Positions 1 through 9,186 are shown, counted from the first letter of the stretch. The stretch is 64,000 bases of DNA from Deltaproteobacteria bacterium (GCA_034670305.1 JAXMNT010000031.1:28876-92875); one strand, 5' to 3'. Numbers and translations: made by a program. Notes: a model not told the origin generated them from the sequence alone.

Positions 1-1091
1 TGCTTCCGCTCGCCCGGACCCTGGACGAAAACAGCGAGTGGCCCACAAAACTCGTCGCGCGCATGGGCGAGATGGGGTTCCTCGGGATCGCCGTGCCCGA
101 GGAATACGGCGGTGCCGGCTTCGACTACGTCTCGTACGCGCTCGCGATGATCGAGATCAGCAAGGCATGTGCGTCCACGGGCGTCATCATGTCGGTGAAC
201 AACTCCTTGGTCTGCGACCCGCTCCTCAAGTTCGGAACCGAAGCGCAGAAGAAGGAGTTCCTCACGCCGCTCGCTTCGGGCGCGCAGCTCGGCTGCTTCG
301 GGCTGACCGAACCGAGCAGCGGCTCGGACGCGTCCGACATGCAGACGGTGGCGGTGCGCGACGGGGACGAGTGGGTGATCAACGGTTCGAAGAACTGGAT
401 CACCAACGGTCCGGCGGCCGACATGATCCTGGTCTTCTGTTGCACCGATCGCGCCCAAGGATCGCGCGGTACGACCGCGTTCATCGTTCCGAAGGGCACC
501 CCTGGTTTCAAACCTCAGGCCCCGGACCACAAGCTCGGCATCCACGCGGCCCACTCCTGCACCATCTTCTTCGAAGACTGCCGCATTCCCGACGCCTACC
601 GGGTCGGTGACGAGGGCGGCGGGTTCAAGATCGCGATGAACACCCTCGACGGAGGCCGCATCGGCATCGCGTCGCAGGCCATTGGCATCGCGGAGGCCGC
701 GTTCGAGAAAGCGGTCGTCTACGCCCAGGAGCGCAAGGCGTTCGGAAAGCCGATCGCCAAGCTTCAAGCCATTCAGTTCAAGCTCGCCGACATGGCGATG
801 GACATCGATGCGGCGCGCCTGCTCGTACTCCGTGCCGCGGAGTTGAAGAACTGGGCGCGCAAGGATCCCAAAGTGCGACACACCCAGGAGTCGGCCATGG
901 CGAAGCTCTTCGCGAGTGAGATGGCCACCCGGGTGACCCACCAGGCGCTTCAGGTGTTCGGTGGGTACGGCTACTCGAAGGAGTACGACATGGAACGTCA
1001 CTACCGCGACGCCCGCATCACCGAGATCTACGAAGGCACGAGCGAGATCATGCGCCTCGTCATCGCCGGCCAGGCCCTGAGGAACGCTTGA
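1..1091 (+). CDS. Acyl-CoA dehydrogenase (5' end lies before the window)
   Basis: Motifs GCFGLTEPSSGSD, NGSKNWITNG, LDGGRIGIA, GGYGY and RITEIYEGTSE; the frame is open back to the window start. Confidence 0.95.
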   Translation, partial: LPLARTLDENSEWPTKLVARMGEMGFLGIAVPEEYGGAGFDYVSYALAMIEISKACASTGVIMSVNNSLVCDPLLKFGTEAQKKEFLTPLASGAQLGCFGLTEPSSGSDASDMQTVAVRDGDEWVINGSKNWITNGPAADMILVFCCTDRAQGSRGTTAFIVPKGTPGFKPQAPDHKLGIHAAHSCTIFFEDCRIPDAYRVGDEGGGFKIAMNTLDGGRIGIASQAIGIAEAAFEKAVVYAQERKAFGKPIAKLQAIQFKLADMAMDIDAARLLVLRAAELKNWARKDPKVRHTQESAMAKLFASEMATRVTHQALQVFGGYGYSKEYDMERHYRDARITEIYEGTSEIMRLVIAGQALRNA

Positions 1092-1834
1092 ACATGTTTG
1101 AGAATCATTCGATGACCCTTTCGATGTGGCGCGGTGTGTGTGTGCTCGTTCTCGCGGCGGCCTGCGTCGCGTGCGGCGGCGACACGAGCGACGAGACCGT
1201 CGTCGCCGAGGAAGAGCACACCGCAGGGCATGAAACCGAGCGCCCGCCCGAAGATCGCAACGTGGCGATCGAAGGGCTGATGGGCACCATCAGCCGGGAC
1301 GCCGTGGAGCGCGGCATGGAACCCCGCATGGGCCGCTTCCTGCGTTGCTTCAGTCAGCGCTACGACACCAACGAGGTTCTCGGGGGACGCATCGAGCTCG
1401 CGTTTCGGATCCGGGTCGATGGTTCGGTGCTCTGGGTGTACCCCCGCTCGAGTTCGATCGGGGATCGGGACACCGAGCGTTGCCTTCTGGAGCAGGCGTC
1501 GTCCATCCGGTTCGCCCGTCCCCAGGGCGGCGAAGCGGAGTTCATGTACCCGCTCGATCTCGAGACGCCCGAAGATGTGCGTCCACCGCTCAACTGGACC
1601 TCGGATCGGGTCGCATCCGCACTCGAGACCAACCGCGGTGAGTTGGCCGATTGCGGCCGCGGACCGTTCAGCGTGACCGTTTACATCGCACCCGGCGGCG
1701 GCGTCGTCACCGCGGGCGCGTCGGCGTCGAGCCCGGAGCAGGCGGACTCGCTGGATTGCGTCGCCCGCACCGTCAGCGGCTGGGCCATGCCGGACCCCGG
1801 CTCGTACCCGGCCAAGGTCTCGTTCGACCTCTGA
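1088..1834 (+). CDS. Lipoprotein with AgmX/PglI C-terminal (TonB-C-like) domains
   Basis: Lipobox-like VAC; RCF...GRIELAFRIRVDGSV...ERCL..A..IRF pattern, with a second similar module near the C-terminus; true start may be 1094 or 1124. Confidence 0.65.
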   Translation: MNMFENHSMTLSMWRGVCVLVLAAACVACGGDTSDETVVAEEEHTAGHETERPPEDRNVAIEGLMGTISRDAVERGMEPRMGRFLRCFSQRYDTNEVLGGRIELAFRIRVDGSVLWVYPRSSSIGDRDTERCLLEQASSIRFARPQGGEAEFMYPLDLETPEDVRPPLNWTSDRVASALETNRGELADCGRGPFSVTVYIAPGGGVVTAGASASSPEQADSLDCVARTVSGWAMPDPGSYPAKVSFDL

Positions 1835-2961
1835 TGGAACCGGACGCTGAAACCCGCGTCGCGCTGCGCACGCGCCTCGAACGCGAGGCGCGGACGTTCG
1901 CCGACGGGCTTGTCGGCCGGGCCGGCGCCTTCGAAGCCGACGAGGGCGTGCCCGACGAGGTGTTCCGCGCGCTGGGCGAAAAGGGTTTGATGGCGGTGAA
2001 CGCGCCGATGGCGCTCGGTGGCCCGGACGCCGGCACGGTCGCGTACGCGCGGGCGATGATGCAGGTCGCGCGCGGGTGTGCGTCGACCGCGGTCACGATG
2101 GCCGTGACCAACATGGTGGGCGAGGTCGTCGCGCGTTTCGGAACCGAAGAACAGGCCCGCGCATACTGTCCGCGCTTGGCGGGCGGAGAACTCGGCGCGT
2201 TCGGACTGAGCGAGGTCGGCGCGGGCAGCGATCCCGGCGGCATGCGGACGGTGGCGGTGCCGGACGGGGAGGGCTGGGTGCTCGACGGCACCAAACAGTG
2301 GATCAGCCATGGCGACGCCTCGTGTGTGATCGTCGTCTGGGCGCGGACGGACGGCGACGGTTCCCGCGGCCTGAGTTGTTTCCTCGTGCCGGGCGATGCG
2401 CCCGGGCTCGGGGTCAGCAGCCACGAAGACAAGATGGGCTTGCGTGCGAGCCACACCGTCGCGTTGACGTTCGATGGGGTCCGGCTGCCGGCCTCCGCTT
2501 TGCTCGGACAGCGGGGCGGCGGGTTTCCGATCGCGATGATGGCGCTCGATGGCGGCCGCATCGGCATCGCGTCGCAGGCCATCGGCATCGCAACCGGCGC
2601 GTACGACGTCGCCGTCGAGTGGATCCGGTCCAACGAGGCGCGCCGCTCCCAGGCGAACCTGTTCCGGCTCGCCAACATGGCGACCGAGCTCGACGCGGCC
2701 CGGCTGCTGGCCTTGCGCGCGGCGCATCTCAAAGAAGACGGGTGCTCGTTCACGCGCGAAGCCTCGATCGCGAAAGCCTTCGCCACGGAAGCGGCGTGGC
2801 GGGTGTGCAACCTGGCGGTCGATATCGTGGGCCACCAAGCCCTGGTGCGCGGACACCGGATCGAGCGGGCACTTCGCGACGTGCGCGTCACCCGGATCTA
2901 CGAGGGCACCAGCGAAGTGCAGCGGATCGTCATCGGTCGCGCGGTGAGCGCGACGGGCTGA
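1834..2961 (+). CDS. Acyl-CoA dehydrogenase
   Basis: GAFGLSEVGAGSD, DGTKQWISHG, ALDGGRIGIASQA and RVTRIYEGTSE; ATG at 1834 overlaps the upstream TGA. Confidence 0.92.
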   Translation: MEPDAETRVALRTRLEREARTFADGLVGRAGAFEADEGVPDEVFRALGEKGLMAVNAPMALGGPDAGTVAYARAMMQVARGCASTAVTMAVTNMVGEVVARFGTEEQARAYCPRLAGGELGAFGLSEVGAGSDPGGMRTVAVPDGEGWVLDGTKQWISHGDASCVIVVWARTDGDGSRGLSCFLVPGDAPGLGVSSHEDKMGLRASHTVALTFDGVRLPASALLGQRGGGFPIAMMALDGGRIGIASQAIGIATGAYDVAVEWIRSNEARRSQANLFRLANMATELDAARLLALRAAHLKEDGCSFTREASIAKAFATEAAWRVCNLAVDIVGHQALVRGHRIERALRDVRVTRIYEGTSEVQRIVIGRAVSATG

Positions 2962-2973
2962 TAGGCTCCGCGC

Positions 2974-3297
2974 ATGGGCAAGAAGCAGAAGGGCGAGCGC
3001 AAGTCCGCCCGCAAGGAGCGGCGGGCGGAGGAACGCGAACGGGAGAAAGAGTTCGCAGCGATGGCAGAAGCCGCACGGCAAAAGCGCAAACGCTGGCTCA
3101 TCTTGATCCCGACTCTGACCCTCGTCGCAGCGGCCGTCTGCTGGTTTGGGCTCGAGGATCGCCGACTCGTCGGCGTCAGCGCGCTCATCGGTGTGTTGCT
3201 GTTTCTGATGGTCGCCTTGGGTTCGATCGGCGCCGAGGTACAACCTCGGGATCGCACGCGTTCGGGCAGCATCGACTTCGGCACCAGGGACAAGTAG
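2974..3297 (+). CDS. Small hypothetical membrane protein (2 TM, basic N-terminus)
   Basis: Two hydrophobic segments; host-like codon usage. Confidence 0.7.
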   Translation: MGKKQKGERKSARKERRAEEREREKEFAAMAEAARQKRKRWLILIPTLTLVAAAVCWFGLEDRRLVGVSALIGVLLFLMVALGSIGAEVQPRDRTRSGSIDFGTRDK

Positions 3298-3519
3298 GCC
3301 GTTCGCTCGACCCCTGAAGTGTAAGCAATCTCTCCCTGGTTCGTTCTCCAGCCGACTGGGGAATGCCTGCAAATCCGGGCGAAATCAGCGAGTTGAGTGA
3401 AGCGGTGGCCAGGGCCACCCAGATTGAGTATGAACACCGGCGGCGATTCCCCGTCCAACCTGGACTTGGAATCTCTGCCCAGCCCACGAGCTTGGGCGCG
3501 AAAGGATGGAGGGGTCTCG

Positions 3520-4182
3520 ATGAATGGAATGCGACTCAGCGCAGTAGTGTTTGTCGCCGTCATGGCGAGCGGTTGCTACGTGCGCGCCACGGGCCGGGTC
3601 CCGCGTGCCACGGTGCGGGTTCAAACGAACACGCCGCCGCCGCCCAACGCCACCGTCACCGTGAACGCGGGTGCGGGAGGGCAGGCGACCCTGGCATCCG
3701 GTGTCACGGTCATCGAGACCAGCTGTCAGCAGGGCGCCCAGGAGCTGTGCAACGGCCTCGACGACAACTGCGACGGCCAGATCGACGAAGGCTGCGGATA
3801 CCAGTCGGGCAACATCCAGATCACGCTCGCGTGGCAGGGTGGTGCGGACCTCGACATGTACGTCACCGACCCCCAGGGCGAGACGATCAGCTACGGCAAC
3901 ACGAACGTGTCGTCGGGCGGTGTGCTCGACCACGACGCGCGTGGCGCCTGCAACCCGAACGAACCGAACAGCACGATCGAGAACGTCTACTGGAACCAGC
4001 CGAACCCGCCGCCCGGCAACTACAACGTCGAAGTCCACTACTGGGACGGCAGCGGCTGCAGCACCGGTGCGGGCCCGACCAACATGACCCTCTCGGTCGC
4101 GGTCGGCGGACAGGTTCGAGGCGCGTGGCAGTACACGATTCAGCCGGGACAGCGCATCCCCGTGGTCCAGTTCCCCATCTGA
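3520..4182 (+). CDS. Lipoprotein with MopE-related putative metal-binding motif and YfaP/DUF2135-like domain
   Basis: RBS GGAGG before ATG 3520; lipobox ASGC; ELCNGLDDNCDGQIDEGC; ITLAW..DLDMYVTDP..LDHD..ENVYW..PGNY. Confidence 0.8.
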   Translation: MNGMRLSAVVFVAVMASGCYVRATGRVPRATVRVQTNTPPPPNATVTVNAGAGGQATLASGVTVIETSCQQGAQELCNGLDDNCDGQIDEGCGYQSGNIQITLAWQGGADLDMYVTDPQGETISYGNTNVSSGGVLDHDARGACNPNEPNSTIENVYWNQPNPPPGNYNVEVHYWDGSGCSTGAGPTNMTLSVAVGGQVRGAWQYTIQPGQRIPVVQFPI

Positions 4183-4204
4183 ACCGGGACCGCTGATCGA
4201 AGAG

Positions 4205-4234
4205 ACCTCGCCGTGTGAACGGCGGGGTTTTTTT
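4205..4234 (+). terminator. Intrinsic (Rho-independent) terminator
   Basis: ACCTCGCCGT-GTGA-ACGGCGGGGT stem followed by a T run, just after the stop at 4182. Confidence 0.85.
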
Positions 4235-4341
4235 GTGTTTGATGTCTCGGCGCGCAGCCAGGCTCCTGCCTCTCCAGGATGAGCCCTGCGTGGTGGATCA
4301 GCTCCTGGGACTTCGGCGGCGGCCTGCTAGGGTGCGCGACC

Positions 4342-5793
4342 GTGAACGTCGACACCGAACTCCCTCCGCCCGAGCGGCGCATCTTCTGCAACCGAACGCT
4401 GAACCTTCGCTCCATCCGCGCGATCGGTTTCGACATGGATTACACGCTCATTCACTACAACGTGAAGGTGTGGGAAGAACACGCTTACGAGCACGCCAAG
4501 CGCCGGCTCGCAGAGCGGGGATGGCCGGTGACCGCGCTGCGGTTCGACCCGGACTTCGCCTGTCTCGGTCTCGTGCTGGACGTGGAGCGCGGCAACGTCA
4601 TCAAAGCCAACCGCTTCGGGTTCGTGAAGCGGGCGTGCCACGGCACCCGCGACATTCCGTACCGCGCCATGCGCGACGTCTACGCCCGTGAGCTGGTGGA
4701 CCTCTCCGATCCGCAATGGCGGTTCATGAATACCCTCTTCGCGCTCTCAGAAGCCTGTCTGTTCGCCCAGGCGGTCGACCTGCTCGACGCTGGCAAACTC
4801 GAAGAGCTGGGACCGCTGCACTACCGCGACGTCTACGCGGCCGTCCGCAGCGCCATCGACGAAGCGCACATGATGGGTGAACTCAAGGCCGAGATCATGG
4901 CCGCGCCGGATCGGTTCGTGGAGCTCGACGAAGAGCTCGCGTTGACGCTCATGGACCTGCGGCACTCCGGCAAGAAGTTGTTGCTCATCACCAACTCGGA
5001 GTGGGCGTACAGCGCCCACATGATGAGCTACGCGTTCGACCGTTTCTGTCCCGAGGGCACGACTTGGCGCGACTTGTTCGACCTGGTGATCGTAAGCGCG
5101 CGCAAGCCCGCGTTCTTCGAGGGGCAGGTGCCGGTCTTCGAGGTCGTCGACGAGGTGGCCGGTACGCTCAAGCCGGTCGTGGGAGCGCTGGAAGAGGGCG
5201 GGCTCTACCTCGGCGGACATGCGCGCCTCGTCGAGCAACTCCTCGACGTCGCCGGCGAAGAGATCCTCTACGTGGGCGACCACATCTTCAGCGACGTGAA
5301 CGTCAGCAAGAAGATGCATCGCTGGCGCACCGCGCTCGTGGTTCGGGAGCTGGAAGAAGATCTTCGCGCGCTCGAGGGGTTCAAGCCAAGCCAGAAGGCC
5401 CTCTCCCTGATGATGGAAGAGAAGGAGAAGCTGGAGCACCAGTTCTCCCAGGTCCGGCTCGCGCTCCAGCGCAAAGAGGGCGGCTACGGCCCGCAGGTCG
5501 AGGACTCCGCATCGTCGCTCAAGGAGCAGATCCGCGCCGTGCGCGCGAAGCTCGTGGACCTCGACGCGAAGATCGCGCCGCTCGCGAAAGCGGCCAGCGA
5601 ACTCTCGCACCCGCGCTGGGGTCTGCTGATGCGCACCGGCAACGACAAGAGCCATCTGGCACGGCAGATCGAGAAGAACGCAGACATCTACGCCGCGCGG
5701 GTCAGCAACCTGCTCTCGCAGACCCCGTTCGTGTACCTGCGCTCACCGCGCACGAGCCTCCCCCACGACCACGGCCCGTCCGGCGGCGTCTAA
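4342..5793 (+). CDS. HAD-IG family 5'-nucleotidase (cN-II-like)
   Basis: IFCNRTLNL, GFDMDYTL, LITNS, ARKPAFF, YVGDHIFSD; GTG start at 4342 inferred. Confidence 0.93.
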   Translation: MNVDTELPPPERRIFCNRTLNLRSIRAIGFDMDYTLIHYNVKVWEEHAYEHAKRRLAERGWPVTALRFDPDFACLGLVLDVERGNVIKANRFGFVKRACHGTRDIPYRAMRDVYARELVDLSDPQWRFMNTLFALSEACLFAQAVDLLDAGKLEELGPLHYRDVYAAVRSAIDEAHMMGELKAEIMAAPDRFVELDEELALTLMDLRHSGKKLLLITNSEWAYSAHMMSYAFDRFCPEGTTWRDLFDLVIVSARKPAFFEGQVPVFEVVDEVAGTLKPVVGALEEGGLYLGGHARLVEQLLDVAGEEILYVGDHIFSDVNVSKKMHRWRTALVVRELEEDLRALEGFKPSQKALSLMMEEKEKLEHQFSQVRLALQRKEGGYGPQVEDSASSLKEQIRAVRAKLVDLDAKIAPLAKAASELSHPRWGLLMRTGNDKSHLARQIEKNADIYAARVSNLLSQTPFVYLRSPRTSLPHDHGPSGGV

Positions 5794-5797
5794 CAAC

Positions 5798-6298
5798 CTA
5801 GTTGTCTTCCGGGGTGGGGGGGTCGAACTCGCCGCGGCAGATTTGCAGCATGCCTTCGACTTCGAGTGCGACTTCGATCTCGGGCCGGGTCATCAGGAAC
5901 CGCTCGAGGAAGCCGCGCGCTGCGGCATGTTCGCCGCGCTGAAAGTGCAGCATGCCGAGCAGGTGCAGTCCGTCGGGATCGTCTTTGCGCAGCCGGAGCA
6001 CCCGGGAGCCCATCTTGAGTGCGCGGTTGTGGTCGCCCAGCAAGCGCAGCGTGTGGCCTGCGGCGATCATCGCGCCGATGTAGTCCGGCACCAGCTCGAT
6101 CGCGGCCACGTAGCACTTCAGCGCGCGCGCGAAGTCGTGTTTTTCGTAGAACGCGTTGCCCAGGAAGAAGTGCGCGTACTCGTTGTCGTTGTGGGCCTCC
6201 GCGACCTGCGACAGCTCGGCGACGGCCTGGTCGAGTTCGCCCACCTGCAGCAGTTCGATGCCCTCTTCGACTTGGTCCCACTTGGTTTCGTCGTTCAC
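5798..6298 (-). CDS. Tetratricopeptide repeat protein
   Basis: Repeated TPR patterns (AHFFLGNAF..A...Y..AI..P; LHLLGMLHF..G..A). Confidence 0.85.
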   Translation of the reverse strand: MNDETKWDQVEEGIELLQVGELDQAVAELSQVAEAHNDNEYAHFFLGNAFYEKHDFARALKCYVAAIELVPDYIGAMIAAGHTLRLLGDHNRALKMGSRVLRLRKDDPDGLHLLGMLHFQRGEHAAARGFLERFLMTRPEIEVALEVEGMLQICRGEFDPPTPEDN

Positions 6299-7014
6299 AG
6301 GGCTCCGTCTTGGTGCTCGACGAACCAGTCTGCAAGCGCCTCGACCAGAAGTCTCCGCTTCGCGGGGTCTTCGGCGAGGTCGTTGCGCAACTCGATCTCG
6401 AGGGGGCGCTTGCCATGCTTCAGCGCGTGCCGCTCTACGCTGTAGATCAGGCCTTCTCTGCCCGAGTAGGGTTCGTTGTAGTCCACCTCGAACCCCGCCT
6501 CAGCGCAGCGCGCGCCAAGCGACCGGGCGGCCTCTTCTTCGGTGTCGAAGAGGATGCCGAGCTCCAAAGTGCGCGGGTTGCCTTCGTAGAGGGGAGTGAA
6601 GGTGTGTACGGAGAACATCCAGCGGGCTGCGCTCGCGGCCGCCGCGGCATCCACCGCAGCGTGGTAGGGCCGGTACAATTGTTCGATGCGGCGCTGCCGC
6701 TCGTCGGGCCCGATGCCGGTGTTCATCTCGATCGACAGGCCCTCCGCGGTGTCTCGGAACAGGGTCGGAGAGTCTTCGGGACGGTTCGCATCGGCGAGCA
6801 GCCGCGAGAAGCGGGCCAGTACCGCCGGGGCGTGGAGGCGCTCCGCGAGTTCTCGGGTCAATGGGTCGGCCCCAAGATCGTACGACCAGTGGGTCCCTTG
6901 CAGCCGAAGATCGGCATCCTTCCACACCCAACCAGGGGGGAACCTCTCCGAGGCGTGTTCGCAAGTGAGCAGGACAGGCCCAGGGCCTGTTACAGTGTCG
7001 ACAGGATTGGTCAC
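6295..7014 (-). CDS. N-formylglutamate amidohydrolase family protein
   Basis: LLTCEHAS, HWSYDLGA, SRLLADANR, YRPYH, SVHTFTP, NEPYSG, EIELRNDL; GTG start inferred (alternative ATG at 7068). Confidence 0.88.
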   Translation of the reverse strand: MTNPVDTVTGPGPVLLTCEHASERFPPGWVWKDADLRLQGTHWSYDLGADPLTRELAERLHAPAVLARFSRLLADANRPEDSPTLFRDTAEGLSIEMNTGIGPDERQRRIEQLYRPYHAAVDAAAAASAARWMFSVHTFTPLYEGNPRTLELGILFDTEEEAARSLGARCAEAGFEVDYNEPYSGREGLIYSVERHALKHGKRPLEIELRNDLAEDPAKRRLLVEALADWFVEHQDGAL

Positions 7015-7066
7015 GTAGACGGGAAGTTGGTTCGGCCGCGCCGGATCGGCAACAATTGAGTTCTCC

Positions 7067-8836
7067 ATGGGGGACGAAGAAGCAAAAGCAGCAGCCCGAG
7101 CGCCCGGCGTTCTGGTTCCCGACGAAGAAGAAGACGGCGCAGCGACGCCGGAGGACGGGGATCTGCCTGTCGCGCTCGGACGCAAGCCCCGCCCCCGCAA
7201 AGCCAGCGAACCACGGGTCACCGGCGTCCCGGTCCCGGACGAGGAGGACGAAGATCCCCCCGCCCCGCCGCTGCTGCGCAAGCCCCTCGCGCGGGTGCCG
7301 ATCGTGAAGAAAGCCGCGCCCCGCGGCGGTCTCACTGAGGTGATGGCCGCCACAGCCGCCCGCATCCAGGACCGCACGCCGATCGGGGTGCCGGTGAAAG
7401 ATCCGGAGCCCCCCCCACCTGCGAAGAAGGGCACGCTGATGGGGGTCGGCAAGGTGGCTGTCCCCGTGCCGGCGCCCAAGGTGCCCGCCCCAGCGGTCGC
7501 GTTGCCCCGTCCCCAACCGAAACCCGCCGCCCCGCCCGCCGCCGATGAGACCGTGCGCGACTCCGCGCCCCGCATCTCCGACTCCGACATTCTCGACTCC
7601 GGGGATCTCGAGGAGCTGCCCGACGACGGGGTCGATCTCTTCTCTCCCGCCAGCATCGGCGGTGCCCAGCCATCTGGCCGGACGTCGAACCCACCGCCCG
7701 CGCTTCCGGATCTTACGGCGCGACCCAAACCGCCCGCGCCTCCGCTGCCGATTCGGCGACCCGGCGCGCCGAAGACCCCACCGCCGCCGAGCAAGAGCAA
7801 ACGGCGCCCGCGCAAGGAAGCGGCCGCGGCCGCCCTCTCGCTCGAGCCGGCACGCGACTCGGGGATCGACTTCGAAGAGGTCCTTCACGCGCCGCCTTCC
7901 GTTCCGCCCGCACCGATGGGTGCGTCGGACATGCCGCCGCCCGTGCTCGGGCTCTCGGTGTCCCCTCCTCCAGATCGGTCGGCCGGCACGGCCCGGATCA
8001 TCGCGGTCATCGTGCTGATGGGTGCGATCGCGGCGGGTGCCTTCTACTTCGGCACCCGACACGGCCGGGACGAGACCCTCGCGCGGTCGGCGAACGAGCC
8101 TCGCACCGGGGAGACCGAGACGGAGACGGGCACCGAGACCGAGACGGGCACCGAAACCGAGACGGGCACCGAAACCGAGACGGGCACCGAAACCGAGACG
8201 GGCACCGAAACCGAGACGGGCGAGCCGGAGACAGGTACCGAGACCGAGACCGAAACGGGCACCGAGACCGAGACGGGCACCGAGACCGAGACCGCCAGCG
8301 GGACCGAGACCGCCACCATGAACGCGATGGCGATGGGGGGGCGGATGGTGAACACGCCCACGCAGACGGCGTCGACCATGTACGACCCGGCCACGATGCG
8401 GTTCGTGCCGGACGGTGCGTCGACCTCGATGACGACGACGACGGCAACCGCGATGACGACGGGCGCCACCCGCTTCGACCCGGCGAGCGGCATGTTCGTG
8501 CCAGTCGACACGCCGGCGGCGATGACCACGACCCCGATGCATACCGCCCCGACGATGGCGTCCGACGAGGACCTTCCAGAGGCGCCCACCCGCGAGCAGG
8601 TTCAGTCGGCGCTCACCCGGGTCCGTCCCGCGGTGCAGGCGTGCGTCGAAGGGCACGGCACCGTGCCGGTGCGCATCACGATCGTCTCGTCGGGCCGAGT
8701 CACGACGGCGCGGGTGGAAGATGACTACTTCGGCCGTGCGCCCACAGGCTCATGCATCGCCCGCGCGGTACGCACCGCGCGCTTCCCCCGGTTCACCCGG
8801 GACAGTTTCGTGGTGCTGTACCCCTTCCATCTCTAG
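7067..8836 (+). CDS. Pro-rich bitopic membrane protein with Glu/Thr repeat and C-terminal AgmX/PglI-like domain
   Basis: Low-complexity Pro-rich N-terminus, one TM (IIAVIVLMGAIAAGAFYF), (TETETG)n, C-terminal ACV..G.V.VRITI..SGRV...CIARAVRTARFP. Confidence 0.75.
   Translation: MGDEEAKAAARAPGVLVPDEEEDGAATPEDGDLPVALGRKPRPRKASEPRVTGVPVPDEEDEDPPAPPLLRKPLARVPIVKKAAPRGGLTEVMAATAARIQDRTPIGVPVKDPEPPPPAKKGTLMGVGKVAVPVPAPKVPAPAVALPRPQPKPAAPPAADETVRDSAPRISDSDILDSGDLEELPDDGVDLFSPASIGGAQPSGRTSNPPPALPDLTARPKPPAPPLPIRRPGAPKTPPPPSKSKRRPRKEAAAAALSLEPARDSGIDFEEVLHAPPSVPPAPMGASDMPPPVLGLSVSPPPDRSAGTARIIAVIVLMGAIAAGAFYFGTRHGRDETLARSANEPRTGETETETGTETETGTETETGTETETGTETETGTETETGEPETGTETETETGTETETGTETETASGTETATMNAMAMGGRMVNTPTQTASTMYDPATMRFVPDGASTSMTTTTATAMTTGATRFDPASGMFVPVDTPAAMTTTPMHTAPTMASDEDLPEAPTREQVQSALTRVRPAVQACVEGHGTVPVRITIVSSGRVTTARVEDDYFGRAPTGSCIARAVRTARFPRFTRDSFVVLYPFHL
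8105..8312 (+). repeat. Coding 18-bp/6-bp tandem repeat (ACCGAAACCGAGACGGGC)n encoding TETETG
   Basis: Tandem units directly visible. Confidence 0.95.
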
Positions 8837-9044
8837 CAGGTCGCTGAAAAGCGACCTGCTCCCTTGCCGTTGCCCTTGCCCGTGCCCTTGCCCGCGTCGT
8901 GGACGCCGTGTGTTTCGCGACGGAGAGGCCGCGAATCGGTCGGTGCTACGCGGCGCAGCTCCGCAGCCGCGCGACGCGTAGGAGGTTGTATGCGGCGCCG
9001 GCCAAGTAGGCGGCGAACTGTGTCTTGCGTCTGCCTCGATATTG
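8833..9044 (-). mobile_element. Right-end remnant of an IS5/IS1182-like element (transposase C-terminal fragment plus terminal IR)
   Basis: Minus strand 9044-8946 reads QYRGRRKTQFAAYLAGAAYNLLRVARLRSCAA*, resembling DDE transposase C-termini; ends in TTTTCAGCGACCTGCTAG at a CTAG site. Confidence 0.7.
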
Positions 9045-9186
9045 TCTCTCGCGCGGGAGGCTCTGGCTCCAGAGCCGTTTCCAAGGGCCCTAAGAAAGCC
9101 GAAGGCGTCTGGGCCCGCAGGAACCCCGCGAGAGACCAGCAATATTCGACAGCGGTGTCACTGGGACGGGGGTTTGGGGGCCGCGC

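Noticed and set aside
3355-3390. Cobalamin riboswitch (GGGAA..TGCAAATCC resemblance)
   Set aside because: The downstream CCCGC..CTGT and B12-box elements are not evident, and the gene context is unrelated
7066-7069. Two divergent genes sharing one CCATGG start palindrome
   Set aside because: It would leave no room for promoters or RBS; the amidohydrolase more plausibly starts at GTG 7014
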